The notes: generated by a model from the sequence alone, not told the origin. A stretch of 18,135 bases of DNA from Planctomycetota bacterium (GCA_045863855.1 BTVV01000124.1:1-18135); one strand, 5' to 3'. Numbered from the stretch's first letter, positions 1-7,630 are shown. A program made the numbers and translations.

Positions 1-58
1 CGAAGTCTTGCGAACCATTTACCCGCCAACCGTACAAGTGCCCCTTTTTGACTCTTGG

Positions 59-298
59 TGATGCGCACGCAAAAGGGGACCGGTTGAGGGTCCGAATGCG
101 CAAGTAAAAGGGGACCACCGCACGCGTCCGGCTTGGTTAGCTTGAGGATTTTCCTCGGTTGACCAGGGGGGCGAGGAGGTGCTAGCGGTGGAACCGTACG
201 AACGCATCCGGCGGTTGGTGAAGGTCGAAGGGAAGAGCATCCGCGAAGCGGCCGAGAGCTTGGGGCATTCGCGGAAGACGATTCGCAAGGCGCTAGTC
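59..298 (+). mobile_element. IS21-family insertion sequence remnant (left end plus start of istA only)
   Basis: Begins with TG at 59. Two tandem ~21-nt terminal sub-repeats (61-81, 96-116) containing AAAAGGGGACC are followed by an RBS and an IstA-like N-terminal HTH. No DDE domain, istB or right end is present. The right boundary is approximate. Confidence 0.8.
61..116 (+). repeat. Direct sub-repeats of the IS21 left end (putative transposase-binding sites)
   Basis: ATGCGCACGCAAAAGGGGACC (61-81) vs ATGCGCAAGTAAAAGGGGACC (96-116): 19/21 identical, 35-nt period. Confidence 0.85.
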
Positions 299-415
299 GG
301 ATTTGGTGACCGCATCCCAAGCCATGAAACGGATTCTGCACCCGCCACTTGCACCTTGTACCCTTCCTTCTATAACGGCTCCACCCCTGGGCGGGATTCT
401 GCATCTCGACATTAA
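179..415 (+). pseudogene. istA: Truncated IS21 transposase IstA (N-terminal HTH, about 40 aa, then unrelated read-through)
   Basis: GTG start after a GAGGAG-rich stretch. MLAVEPYERIRRLVKVEGKSIREAAESLGHSRKTIRKAL matches the typical IstA N-terminus (..GxSIREIARxxGxSRxTIRKAL). Resemblance is lost after about position 298. Confidence 0.8.
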
Positions 416-523
416 ACTTGGCACCGGCCAACGGCGGAGCACGTAAGAATGCCGGAAAAAAAGTCTAGGATAAAGGCTACGCCAGCGAAAAGTGAAAAGC
501 AGGATAATTAAAAGGACTCACCC

Positions 524-1825
524 ATGGACCTGCGTTTTCATTGGCAAATGGGAAAGGCCGAAGGCACCTTAGCCAAGGGCCTGCTTGCCGACCTGCGGAT
601 GGCTCAGAGCATCGAGATCTGTGTCGCGTGGATTACGGATGGACCCATCCTGGAAGAATTGCGGCGTGCAGGACGGCGTGGGACGGAAATTATCCTTCGT
701 GTGGGCCTGGGTGGGTTTGTGACTGATCCGCGTGCCCTGAAGACGCTTCTCCGAGCCCCCAACACCCAAGTCCGCGTATGGGAAACGAGTCAGGGATCAC
801 TTTTCCACCCTAAGGTTTACCTGTGCGAGCAGAAGCGTCAGCGCAGCATCTGGATTGGCTCCAACAACGCCACGCGCTCCGCCTTGGAAGCGAACTGTGA
901 AGCGGCTTCCTGTGTCGCAAATCCAGACCCTGCATTTCTGCTGCAAGTCCGCAGCTTCTTCAGCGAAATAGAGGCTCGCTGTGTGCCCCTTTCCACGGCC
1001 ATATTGGAACGATACACAAAGAAGTACACCAAAGCCGCAGAGGCTCAACGGCGTGCGGAGGCCGCGGCGCGCGCGCGCCTAAAGACCGTGGCGAAAGCCA
1101 AGCGCAGCCAAGTGGGCGGTCACTGGTTCACGATGACGTGGCCCGAATATTTCCGCGCCTTGAAATCACAGAGTCGGGCCACTGGTGAGCATAGGGATCG
1201 CGACAAAGACTGGAGTGTCCTGCGTACACCTAAGGACAGCTACCTATCAACCATTGAAGATACGGCGAAGGTATTGCGAAGCAGGGGCCGAAACATCTCT
1301 AGGTTCGATTGCCAAAAAATTGTCGGCGACCATGCCTCCAAGGGAGAAGAGTGGTGGGAGTATGGACACCTCGGGACGATGACCGCCAGCGGCAAGACCA
1401 AGAATGGCGTCCTAGAGAACACCCGCGGCATGCGCGACCGGATTCTTGACATCTGCCGAGATCGTACGTTTTGGAAGGACCGGGAGTCATCTGTCAGTGG
1501 TGTTGCAGCGCTCTGGAAGATCCCGCGTGTCGGCCCTGGTTTGGCCAGCCGCATTGGCGCAATCCTGCGGCCGGATCTGCTGGTCTCAATCAACAACGCA
1601 GCGGTCGAACGACTTGCCAAAGAAACCGGCATCCCGGCAGGAAGAATCAGAAGCGATTGGCATGGCTATCGGGAGCTACTCGAGGTCATCTGGCAAGCAC
1701 CTTGGATGAATGAGACAACCAAGGCCAAGCCAGGCAGTTTGGAGCATCGCTGTTGGAAGGCCCGCTGCGCGCTGATCGACATGTTCGCGTATATGCATGC
1801 CCCGGAATTCAAGAGCGGGAGATAA
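524..1825 (+). CDS. PLD-superfamily (single HxK motif) nuclease, BfiI/NgoFVII-like N-terminal domain plus helical C-terminal domain, 433 aa
   Basis: RBS AAAGGA precedes the ATG. Motifs: IEICVAWIT, FHPKVYLCE (H at 806) and IWIGSNNATRSALEANCEA. A charged helical linker follows, then a C-terminal KIPRVGPGLASRIGAILRPD segment. Confidence 0.85.
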   Translation: MDLRFHWQMGKAEGTLAKGLLADLRMAQSIEICVAWITDGPILEELRRAGRRGTEIILRVGLGGFVTDPRALKTLLRAPNTQVRVWETSQGSLFHPKVYLCEQKRQRSIWIGSNNATRSALEANCEAASCVANPDPAFLLQVRSFFSEIEARCVPLSTAILERYTKKYTKAAEAQRRAEAAARARLKTVAKAKRSQVGGHWFTMTWPEYFRALKSQSRATGEHRDRDKDWSVLRTPKDSYLSTIEDTAKVLRSRGRNISRFDCQKIVGDHASKGEEWWEYGHLGTMTASGKTKNGVLENTRGMRDRILDICRDRTFWKDRESSVSGVAALWKIPRVGPGLASRIGAILRPDLLVSINNAAVERLAKETGIPAGRIRSDWHGYRELLEVIWQAPWMNETTKAKPGSLEHRCWKARCALIDMFAYMHAPEFKSGR

Positions 1826-1861
1826 CTGCTCTTGACTAAGAGTGATTGCTTCAATATCCGG

Positions 1862-1936
1862 CAGATTCGCCAACAACTCTTCGACCTCGCGAAGCTACTC
1901 GATGACCTGCTCCGGCGTGAATCGACTCCGTGGCAT
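1862..1936 (-). pseudogene. IS3 OrfA fragment with an in-frame stop
   Basis: Hand translation from ATG 1936 gives MPRSRFTPEQVIE*LREVEELLAN, similar to OrfA starts (MxRxRFTxEQIIxKLREAE). TAG at 1895-1897 sits where Lys is usual. It is not in the ORF track. Confidence 0.8.
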
Positions 1937-2010
1937 CACAACCCCCTTTCTGAGACCAAGTTAGCGAGTTTCTCTAGCTAAGCCTGGATCAGTTTTTTGG
2001 GGGCAGGTCA
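1862..2010 (-). mobile_element. IS3-family (IS407-like) insertion sequence remnant, left end only
   Basis: Minus strand from 2010 reads TGACCTGCCCCCAAAAAACTGATCCAG, a typical IS3/IS407-group terminal repeat, followed by RBS AGAAAGGGGG and an OrfA-like start. The inner boundary is approximate. Confidence 0.8.
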
Positions 2011-2284
2011 GGTACGGCTCGGTCTCCGGCACCAGCGCCTTGGCCTGCTCGGGGTTCCCGAACTGCTCGGGCCTGACCTTGGGCAGCGAGCGCCCCTCGA
2101 ACTCCCACACGTCGGGCTTGGCCTCGCCCTCGTAAAGCGCAGGGAAGAAGCCCTCGTGCGGGACGTTTTCGCCGGGGATGGCCGCTTCCTCGCCTGCGAC
2201 CCTCAGCAGGCGATGGGCGGGACTGGATTCGAGAATCTCGGCACGCTTGAAGCCTTCTTGGGTGCGCAACCAGGCGATCGACAT
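1961..2284 (-). pseudogene. Hypothetical gene interrupted by IS3 at 2010; the last ~16 codons read through into the IS end
   Basis: RBS GGGAGA and ATG at 2284 (MSIAWLRTQEG...), with GC-rich coding-like codons up to ...VPETEPY. The frame then runs into the IS3 terminal repeat (LTCPQKTDPG). Confidence 0.65.
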
Positions 2285-2309
2285 GAGCGTTATCTCCCTG
2301 AACCATAAC

Positions 2310-2337
2310 GGTGTCAGGGGAAAGCCCAGTTGACACC
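2310..2337. promoter_or_regulatory. Inverted repeat GGTGTCA-N14-TGACACC (operator, hairpin or recombination site)
   Basis: Perfect 7-bp arms at 2310-2316 and 2331-2337 with an inner GGG-GAAAG-CCC. It lies next to a minus-strand TATGGT (-10-like, 2302-2307) upstream of the 2284 gene. Confidence 0.45.
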
Positions 2338-2448
2338 CCAAACTCGAGCGGCACGGAGGAGTTCAGAATGCAAAGTGGACCGATTGCATGTAATGCAAGA
2401 CGTCCTTCGATCAGCCAAACTAGGTCAGTTCAATTCTTGGCGCGATGG

Positions 2449-3447
2449 TCAACTCCAAGCTTTGAATAATTCGTCAAATGAGAAAAATCGCTTACTCAAC
2501 CAGCCTTTCCCCTTTTGAAGGTTATCCTTTTTAATCGGTGGGTTAAAAACCAATCGCGGTTCGCCTAGAAAGAGGATGCTCCTAACCTTCTTATCCTTCC
2601 GCCACTCCTCGCGTAGGCTGGAATTAGCGGTTGGCCTCCACCCTTCCAGGAGGACTTTGTTCTGGCGATACCATCTTCGACCTCGCGCGCGCTCTAGCGT
2701 GGCACGTAAATTGTCCCATGAGTCCACTACCTCAACATTCTCAAGTTTTGCGATGAAACTGATTCCCTGGCAAATTCCTGGGTGGTCATTCGCGATTCTT
2801 GCTCCAAAATGGGGCGCAAAATACATGGACTCTGCGAGCCTACTTCCGCGCTCGAACAGGCATGTGTAGAGTCTCGCGTGCAAGAACAGCTTCAAGGTAT
2901 TTTCGTTGTTGATCTCGCGGGCGTAGATCTCAACTGGTTCAGTTCGTATCATCCCATGTTCCTCCAAATGTCGCACCAATTCCAAGCAGTAGCCCTTGAA
3001 TGGCTGTCCGCTTCGATTGCCCACGCTCCGTAATGCTTTTGCAAGCACCTGCCATGAAACGTATCGGACGCTGCGACCTTTTCCCCGAACAACTTGGTCA
3101 GGAAGAGCGGACAGGATTACGTGCCAACGGCCCGCATACCTGCTGGCCTGCAAGCTCGAATCGGTCGCACCAATCTTTGCCTCGACCACACACCTGCCCT
3201 TGGAAGTTTCGATAACGATGTCTGTCCGCCCGCCATCTTCGGTCGTCTCAAGTTCGACTGAATTTGGCTGGCCATCAAAGCCCAAGAGTTCCCTGAAGGC
3301 TTCTAAACGTTGAGCGATGAGAAACCCCAAGTATGCGGTGAGCCTAGTCTCCTTTACCTGGCGCCCAAAAGCGCCAAGTAAAGTTGTTACGGTGGAGCCG
3401 CCCCTATAGAGGCAAACTTGCTCAATTTCTTTTGAACGATTATTCAT
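2449..3447 (-). CDS. PD-(D/E)XK nuclease N-terminal domain plus uncharacterised C-terminal domain, about 332 aa (start uncertain, up to 3483)
   Basis: ETRLTAYLGFLI...VELE...GRTDIVIETSKGRCVVEAK...QASRY...YVSWQVL is the E..D..ExK..Q..Y pattern of restriction-endonuclease-like proteins (catalytic motif at 3175-3228). The gene is visibly more AT-rich than its neighbours. Confidence 0.8.
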   Translation of the reverse strand: MNNRSKEIEQVCLYRGGSTVTTLLGAFGRQVKETRLTAYLGFLIAQRLEAFRELLGFDGQPNSVELETTEDGGRTDIVIETSKGRCVVEAKIGATDSSLQASRYAGRWHVILSALPDQVVRGKGRSVRYVSWQVLAKALRSVGNRSGQPFKGYCLELVRHLEEHGMIRTEPVEIYAREINNENTLKLFLHARLYTCLFERGSRLAESMYFAPHFGARIANDHPGICQGISFIAKLENVEVVDSWDNLRATLERARGRRWYRQNKVLLEGWRPTANSSLREEWRKDKKVRSILFLGEPRLVFNPPIKKDNLQKGKGWLSKRFFSFDELFKAWS

Positions 3448-3816
3448 TACCGAAATTGGACGGCTAACCATAGAAACAGTCAAGAGACTTCACGTTCGCA
3501 CCCTCGGTAACTCCTCCCACCGCGCCGTGAACCTCAGCAAGCGTTGCTCGGACTTCATGTACCAGGGTTTTCTGAAACCCTCGGCCGCTTAACGGACCTG
3601 CCCGGTGCCCCGGGAAACAAGGATGGAGATTTCGTGATTGAGCGCACTTATGCGGGGAGGCTGAACTCGCGCTGATGCTGGGGCATAAATCGCCCTTACC
3701 GTAGGTCCTGGCGCGGCCAGCGCTATCGTTGAATCAGTCAAAAAGTTCTATAGCCTATTGTCTCAGGTTATGGATACGGATTGACCGGTCGGAATTTTGC
3801 GCGTGGGAGGCCCAAC

Positions 3817-5457
3817 ATGCCATTTCGAGCCCTGTTGCTGCTTGCCGTCACCCTAGGTGTGCACGTCGTTGCCGGCGAGGCCTCGGATCACCAGGCCGAG
3901 ATCGAGTGGAAGGTGGCACCTGACGGCTCGCTTCAATTCGTGGCCCCCACTTGGAAGAAGACCGGCTACAAGGTCCAGCCACCCATCCCACCGGCGGTGT
4001 CATTGGCGGACATCATCTGGCCGACCGAGCCAATGGAACGCTCGGTCAAGGCCTTCCAGCAGTCGAAGCGCGTCTTCTGGCTGGAGTACTTCGACGGCGT
4101 GCAGACGATGCTGCCGCACTTCCTCCACGGCGGCCAAGACCTGGCCAGCCTGTCCGACCCCGAGCGGCACTTCCAGAAGCTCAACCTGGGAGTCACGGAC
4201 GAGGACTTGATCGCGAGGGCGGGTAAGGAGCCGCAGCCTGGTCTCGCCAAGCAAATGGCCGAGCGCCACCACTTGGACCGCATTTTGGCCGTGCGGCTGT
4301 GCGGCATCCGCAAGCTCGCCAAGTCTAAGACTGTATTGAGCTCATTAGCCGCCGCGAAGGATGCGGATCCCCACCTCAGGGAAGCAGCACGGCAATCGCT
4401 CGCCCACATCGAAGGCAAGGACTCCAGGATCGCCCCCTCGGGAACGGATGACTTCATCCTGGCGCAGGTTCCATCCGAGTTTGACATCCTGATCGTCTTC
4501 CGGCCGGCCCTTGCGCCTTTATGGACTCAATCGTGGCTCGGGGAAAAGCGAAGCAACGAAGAGCTTGAGAGGTTCTGCAAGAAGGACCTGAAGGAGTACG
4601 CGGACAATCCCAACAACCTGTGGTTCACCCAGGACATGATGGCTTGCCTTGATATCGGCACGGAATTCTCCTACGAGATCGCCCGCGCCTTCGGGAATGC
4701 GCGCTGCGACCGCGGGATGATCGCGCTCAAGGTCGAGATGATGAAGCGAGAGGTGCCGCCGGACCTCGAGATGGCGGGAGGACCAAGTGCGTTTCCCCAG
4801 CCCAAGCTGATCGCCCTGGCCCTTGAGGGGGCCTTCCCCAAGGACCGCTGGAAGGAGCACTTGGCGGACTTGAAGCCGGCGGCCTCTGGAGGCTTTCTGG
4901 TTTGCCGGAAGGACGATGCCTTGCCCGCGTTCGCGTGGTCCGAGAAGCAGGTTGCCGTGGCGATGAATCCTGTCCTTGGCGCAGGCGTGTCCAAGGAAAG
5001 GGAGGTCCAACTCGCTGACCTGCGCAAGGCCGGCATCGGCGCGCCTGCCGCTCTGTTGGTGATGCTGCGCGACCACTCGCTGCTGTCGGATGAGCCACAA
5101 TTCGCGTTCCTCAAGCCGGCAAGACTGGTCACTCTTTCCCTGGCCACGAGCGCAGAAGCCATGGACCTGGAGGTGGCGTTTCACTGTGGCAAGGCGGAAG
5201 ACGCGCAGGCGATCGTGAAAGGTTTCGAGCCTCTACTGCGGCAAGCCGCCGAGGGCATTCGACCGCCTCCGGGGCTGGACAAGCTCAAGGTGCTCGGCGA
5301 CTTGGCCGCCGCGCTCGGGCAGGCCAAGCCCGCGGTGAAGGAAACCAATGCGTCGGTTCTGATCAAGATCCCATGCACGCCTGAGACCCTGATGAACGCT
5401 TTCATTGAGATGGGGATTGAGCAGAGGAAGGCGATGATGCGAGAGGCGGGCGAATAG
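3817..5457 (+). CDS. Secreted hypothetical protein with a HEAT-like helical repeat, 546 aa
   Basis: RBS GGGAGG precedes ATG 3817. Signal-peptide-like N-terminus MPFRALLLLAVTLGVHVVAG and HEAT/PBS-like segment RILAVRLCG...DADPHLREAARQSLAHI. GC-rich third codon positions. Confidence 0.75.
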   Translation: MPFRALLLLAVTLGVHVVAGEASDHQAEIEWKVAPDGSLQFVAPTWKKTGYKVQPPIPPAVSLADIIWPTEPMERSVKAFQQSKRVFWLEYFDGVQTMLPHFLHGGQDLASLSDPERHFQKLNLGVTDEDLIARAGKEPQPGLAKQMAERHHLDRILAVRLCGIRKLAKSKTVLSSLAAAKDADPHLREAARQSLAHIEGKDSRIAPSGTDDFILAQVPSEFDILIVFRPALAPLWTQSWLGEKRSNEELERFCKKDLKEYADNPNNLWFTQDMMACLDIGTEFSYEIARAFGNARCDRGMIALKVEMMKREVPPDLEMAGGPSAFPQPKLIALALEGAFPKDRWKEHLADLKPAASGGFLVCRKDDALPAFAWSEKQVAVAMNPVLGAGVSKEREVQLADLRKAGIGAPAALLVMLRDHSLLSDEPQFAFLKPARLVTLSLATSAEAMDLEVAFHCGKAEDAQAIVKGFEPLLRQAAEGIRPPPGLDKLKVLGDLAAALGQAKPAVKETNASVLIKIPCTPETLMNAFIEMGIEQRKAMMREAGE

Positions 5458-5508
5458 CAGTCGAGTTGCCATGTATGGACGAACGGAGTAGGAAGCAGGG
5501 AGTGCATT

Positions 5509-6039
5509 GTGGCGAACGAGAACGACGGACGCTTCACCATCGGGTCGGCCGAGGAACTCCAGGCTCGCTTCGGCTGGACGGCTGAGAACTGGAATCCGCC
5601 AAAGTTCAATCCAGAAGTGATTCCCGAGGGGCTAAGAGATCTCATCCCACTGGCGCAACGGTGGGGGGTCACGTGTGACATTACTCGGCATGACGTGGCG
5701 GTAAAGGCCAGCAAGGCCGAGTTATCCCATCTCGCCGCAAGCCTGCGAGGTCGCCACCACGAGATTGAGGACTGGCTGAATACCGCTGAGGATGAAGAAT
5801 CCGAAGAGGAACGCGCGGCCTTCCAGGCGATGATTGTGCTTGAGATGGAAGAGTGCGATGGCCCCGGATTGAAGGGGTTAATCGACTGGGCGATTCGGTG
5901 GTACAAGGACGCCCCATCCCCCAACCGCTTGCACAGGCTGAAGGCAGCTTATCAGGAGGTGCGCGGCTGGAAGTTCAACGAGGATTATCGGGACGCACTC
6001 TCGGAAGCACTTGCCCTGATTAAGCGCGCCTCCCAGTAG
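5509..6039 (+). CDS. Hypothetical acidic helical protein, 176 aa
   Basis: RBS AGGGAG precedes the GTG. Co-oriented 51 nt after the previous gene, with a protein-like sequence (IPEGLRDLIPLAQRWG...IEDWL). Confidence 0.7.
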   Translation: MANENDGRFTIGSAEELQARFGWTAENWNPPKFNPEVIPEGLRDLIPLAQRWGVTCDITRHDVAVKASKAELSHLAASLRGRHHEIEDWLNTAEDEESEEERAAFQAMIVLEMEECDGPGLKGLIDWAIRWYKDAPSPNRLHRLKAAYQEVRGWKFNEDYRDALSEALALIKRASQ

Positions 6040-6062
6040 CGCATCCGCGATCAGCGGACGCG
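6040..6062. terminator. GC hairpin right after the 6039 stop, between convergent genes
   Basis: CGC-A-TCCGC GATCA GCGGA-C-GCG. There is no U-tract, so terminator function is uncertain. Confidence 0.3.
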
Positions 6063-6160
6063 ACCTCGTCGAGGAACAAGATGCAGGAGCACATAGAGGC
6101 GATTCGCTTGATCGACCGGTAAGCCCGGCGCTCGCGGACAAGCTCGCCATTTACGATCCC

Positions 6161-6457
6161 CTAGTCGTAGTTCTCCCTATCGCCGAGGCGGCTGTAGTCG
6201 TACTCGGCCTCCTCCGGCGGGGCCTCGATGGGAACCTGCTGCACCAGCATGGGGAACCCCAGGGCGCCGAGGTAGTCCAGCGGCTCGCACAGGCCCGGCT
6301 CGCTGGCGCTCAGGACGACGTGTCGGGCGCCGTTGTTTGCCAGCAAGACTCTCGCCCGTTCGATGACCCGGTCATGGACCTCCTCGGCTGGCAGGCCTTC
6401 CGGCAGGTCCAGCTCGACGCGGACGGGAAAGACGGAGACGGCGGCGGTGACCTTCAT
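6161..6457 (-). CDS. Small hypothetical protein, 98 aa
   Basis: RBS AAAGGAG precedes ATG 6457 (MKVTAAVSVFPVRVELDLPEG). TATGAT lies upstream at 6489-6494. Confidence 0.7.
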   Translation of the reverse strand: MKVTAAVSVFPVRVELDLPEGLPAEEVHDRVIERARVLLANNGARHVVLSASEPGLCEPLDYLGALGFPMLVQQVPIEAPPEEAEYDYSRLGDRENYD

Positions 6458-6488
6458 GTGTTCAATGCTCCTTTCCATTCTCGGCGCG

Positions 6489-6494
6489 ATCATA
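6489..6494 (-). promoter_or_regulatory. Putative -10 box TATGAT for the 6457 gene
   Basis: Near-consensus hexamer in GC-rich DNA, 31 nt upstream of the ATG. No canonical -35 is present. Confidence 0.45.
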
Positions 6495-6522
6495 CGGGGC
6501 GAGGATCGACGCCATCAGCCAG

Positions 6523-7098
6523 TTATGCGGGCGCGCCTTGGTTCTCCGGGACCATTTTCAATTCCCCGACCAGGTACTCCAGCATGGGCACGAAACTCTC
6601 CGAGCCCACGTGGCAGACGGCATCTTCGCCGCCCAGTGGCTGGCCGTTCACCAGCACGCACCCGCGAACTCCGGGACCGACGCAGGTTGGCCCGAATCCC
6701 AGGTATTCGTAGTACGCCCAGCGCACGTAGGGACCGCTAGGGTCTCCCAGGGTTCCGGACTCAATGCAGCAGGGGACCGATTTCGGGCCATGTTCCCGAC
6801 CGCGCCGGGTCCGCTCGACGTCCCCCGGGGTGATGTCGGCGACGGGTTCCTCGTCAAAGGCGAAGGGGACGCCGTGGCGCGCCGCGATTTCTGCGACGAT
6901 TTGACGATCGTCCTGGGGCGCTGAGTCCTCCAAGTCGCCCCGCTCCTCGACCGTGGCCGGTGAGCCGCCGGCAGAAGCCTGATCGTCGGTCACGTCTGCC
7001 CGGAGGTACTCCGTGTACACATCGTCAGGATCGCCGTAACGCTCCTCGTACCACTCCTCGGTGTAATCTTCGGATTCCCAACTCACGAACTTTGACAT
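6523..7098 (-). CDS. Hypothetical protein with a very acidic N-terminus, 191 aa
   Basis: RBS AAAGGAG precedes ATG 7098 (MSKFVSWESEDYTEEWYEERYGDPDD). TATGAT lies upstream at 7137-7142. Confidence 0.7.
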   Translation of the reverse strand: MSKFVSWESEDYTEEWYEERYGDPDDVYTEYLRADVTDDQASAGGSPATVEERGDLEDSAPQDDRQIVAEIAARHGVPFAFDEEPVADITPGDVERTRRGREHGPKSVPCCIESGTLGDPSGPYVRWAYYEYLGFGPTCVGPGVRGCVLVNGQPLGGEDAVCHVGSESFVPMLEYLVGELKMVPENQGAPA

Positions 7099-7136
7099 TG
7101 GCTCGCTCCTTTCGCTCCCCTTCGCCATGGAATCGC

Positions 7137-7142
7137 ATCATA
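7137..7142 (-). promoter_or_regulatory. Putative -10 box TATGAT for the 7098 gene
   Basis: Same GTATGAT as at 6489-6495, at a similar distance from the RBS and ATG. Confidence 0.45.
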
Positions 7143-7159
7143 CAGATTCGCCCAGCCGA

Positions 7160-7396
7160 TCATCCGGTTGCGCCGGTCATTCCCTGACTTGCCTTCCTGC
7201 GATCCCGCCGCTCCCGCGCCGCCCTTATCTCCGGCTCCCGCTCGCGGACGAACCTCAGGACGCGATCGAGGTCGTACTCGCACGTGCGGCCCCGCGGTTG
7301 GTAGGGGTTGTAGCCGTGCTCGTCCGGCGGGCCGAGATCCTCGATCATCTTGGGCGTCAGGCCGTAGTCCTTGAGCTGGCTCTTGTAGACGCGCAT
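7160..7396 (-). CDS. Small basic protein, possible MerR/excisionase-like winged-HTH DNA binder, 78 aa
   Basis: RBS GAAGGA precedes ATG 7396. LKDYGLTPKMIEDLGPPD...NPY...YDLDRV has the helix-helix-wing-YxxxxV pattern of small DNA-binding proteins from mobile elements, with an Arg-rich tail. TATAAG lies upstream at 7468-7473. Confidence 0.65.
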   Translation of the reverse strand: MRVYKSQLKDYGLTPKMIEDLGPPDEHGYNPYQPRGRTCEYDLDRVLRFVREREPEIRAARERRDRRKASQGMTGATG

Positions 7397-7630
7397 TTTC
7401 GGTGTCCTTCCCTGGGTTCCTGACGCTGCTTCATTTCGGCAATCACCACATGTGTTCGCCAACTACTCTTATACAGGGAGGCGCGAGGACCTCGTCTTGG
7501 GCCGAGAGCACATGGAGATTCAGGCTTGGTCTTGCGGGTCGATCTTCCGGTTGGGCTCTGGCTGCCCGGTCACGCGCCCACGCGATTAGGTTGACCTCTT
7601 CCCGGTGCTTTGTTACTTCTTCCAGTTCCA

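Noticed and set aside
38..80. GTGCCCCTTTTTG (38-50) roughly complementary to CAAAAGGGGAC (70-80)
   Set aside because: The match is imperfect, lies partly outside the presumed IS end at the window edge, and cannot be interpreted without upstream sequence.
331..405. GGATTCTGCA repeated at 331 and 394
   Set aside because: Only two short copies, with no associated structure or feature.
3564..3581. Palindrome AGGGTTT-TCTG-AAACCCT in the divergent intergenic region
   Set aside because: A single short inverted repeat that could be an operator, but nothing else supports it.
6060..6090. Minus-strand reading ILFLDEV resembling a Walker B motif
   Set aside because: An isolated heptapeptide in an intergenic gap with no other ATPase motifs around it.
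6040..7600. Integron cassette array interpretation of the small genes
   Set aside because: I could not find RYYYAAC...GTTRRRY attC pairs with proper stems, there is no integrase, and the genes appear to carry their own promoters.
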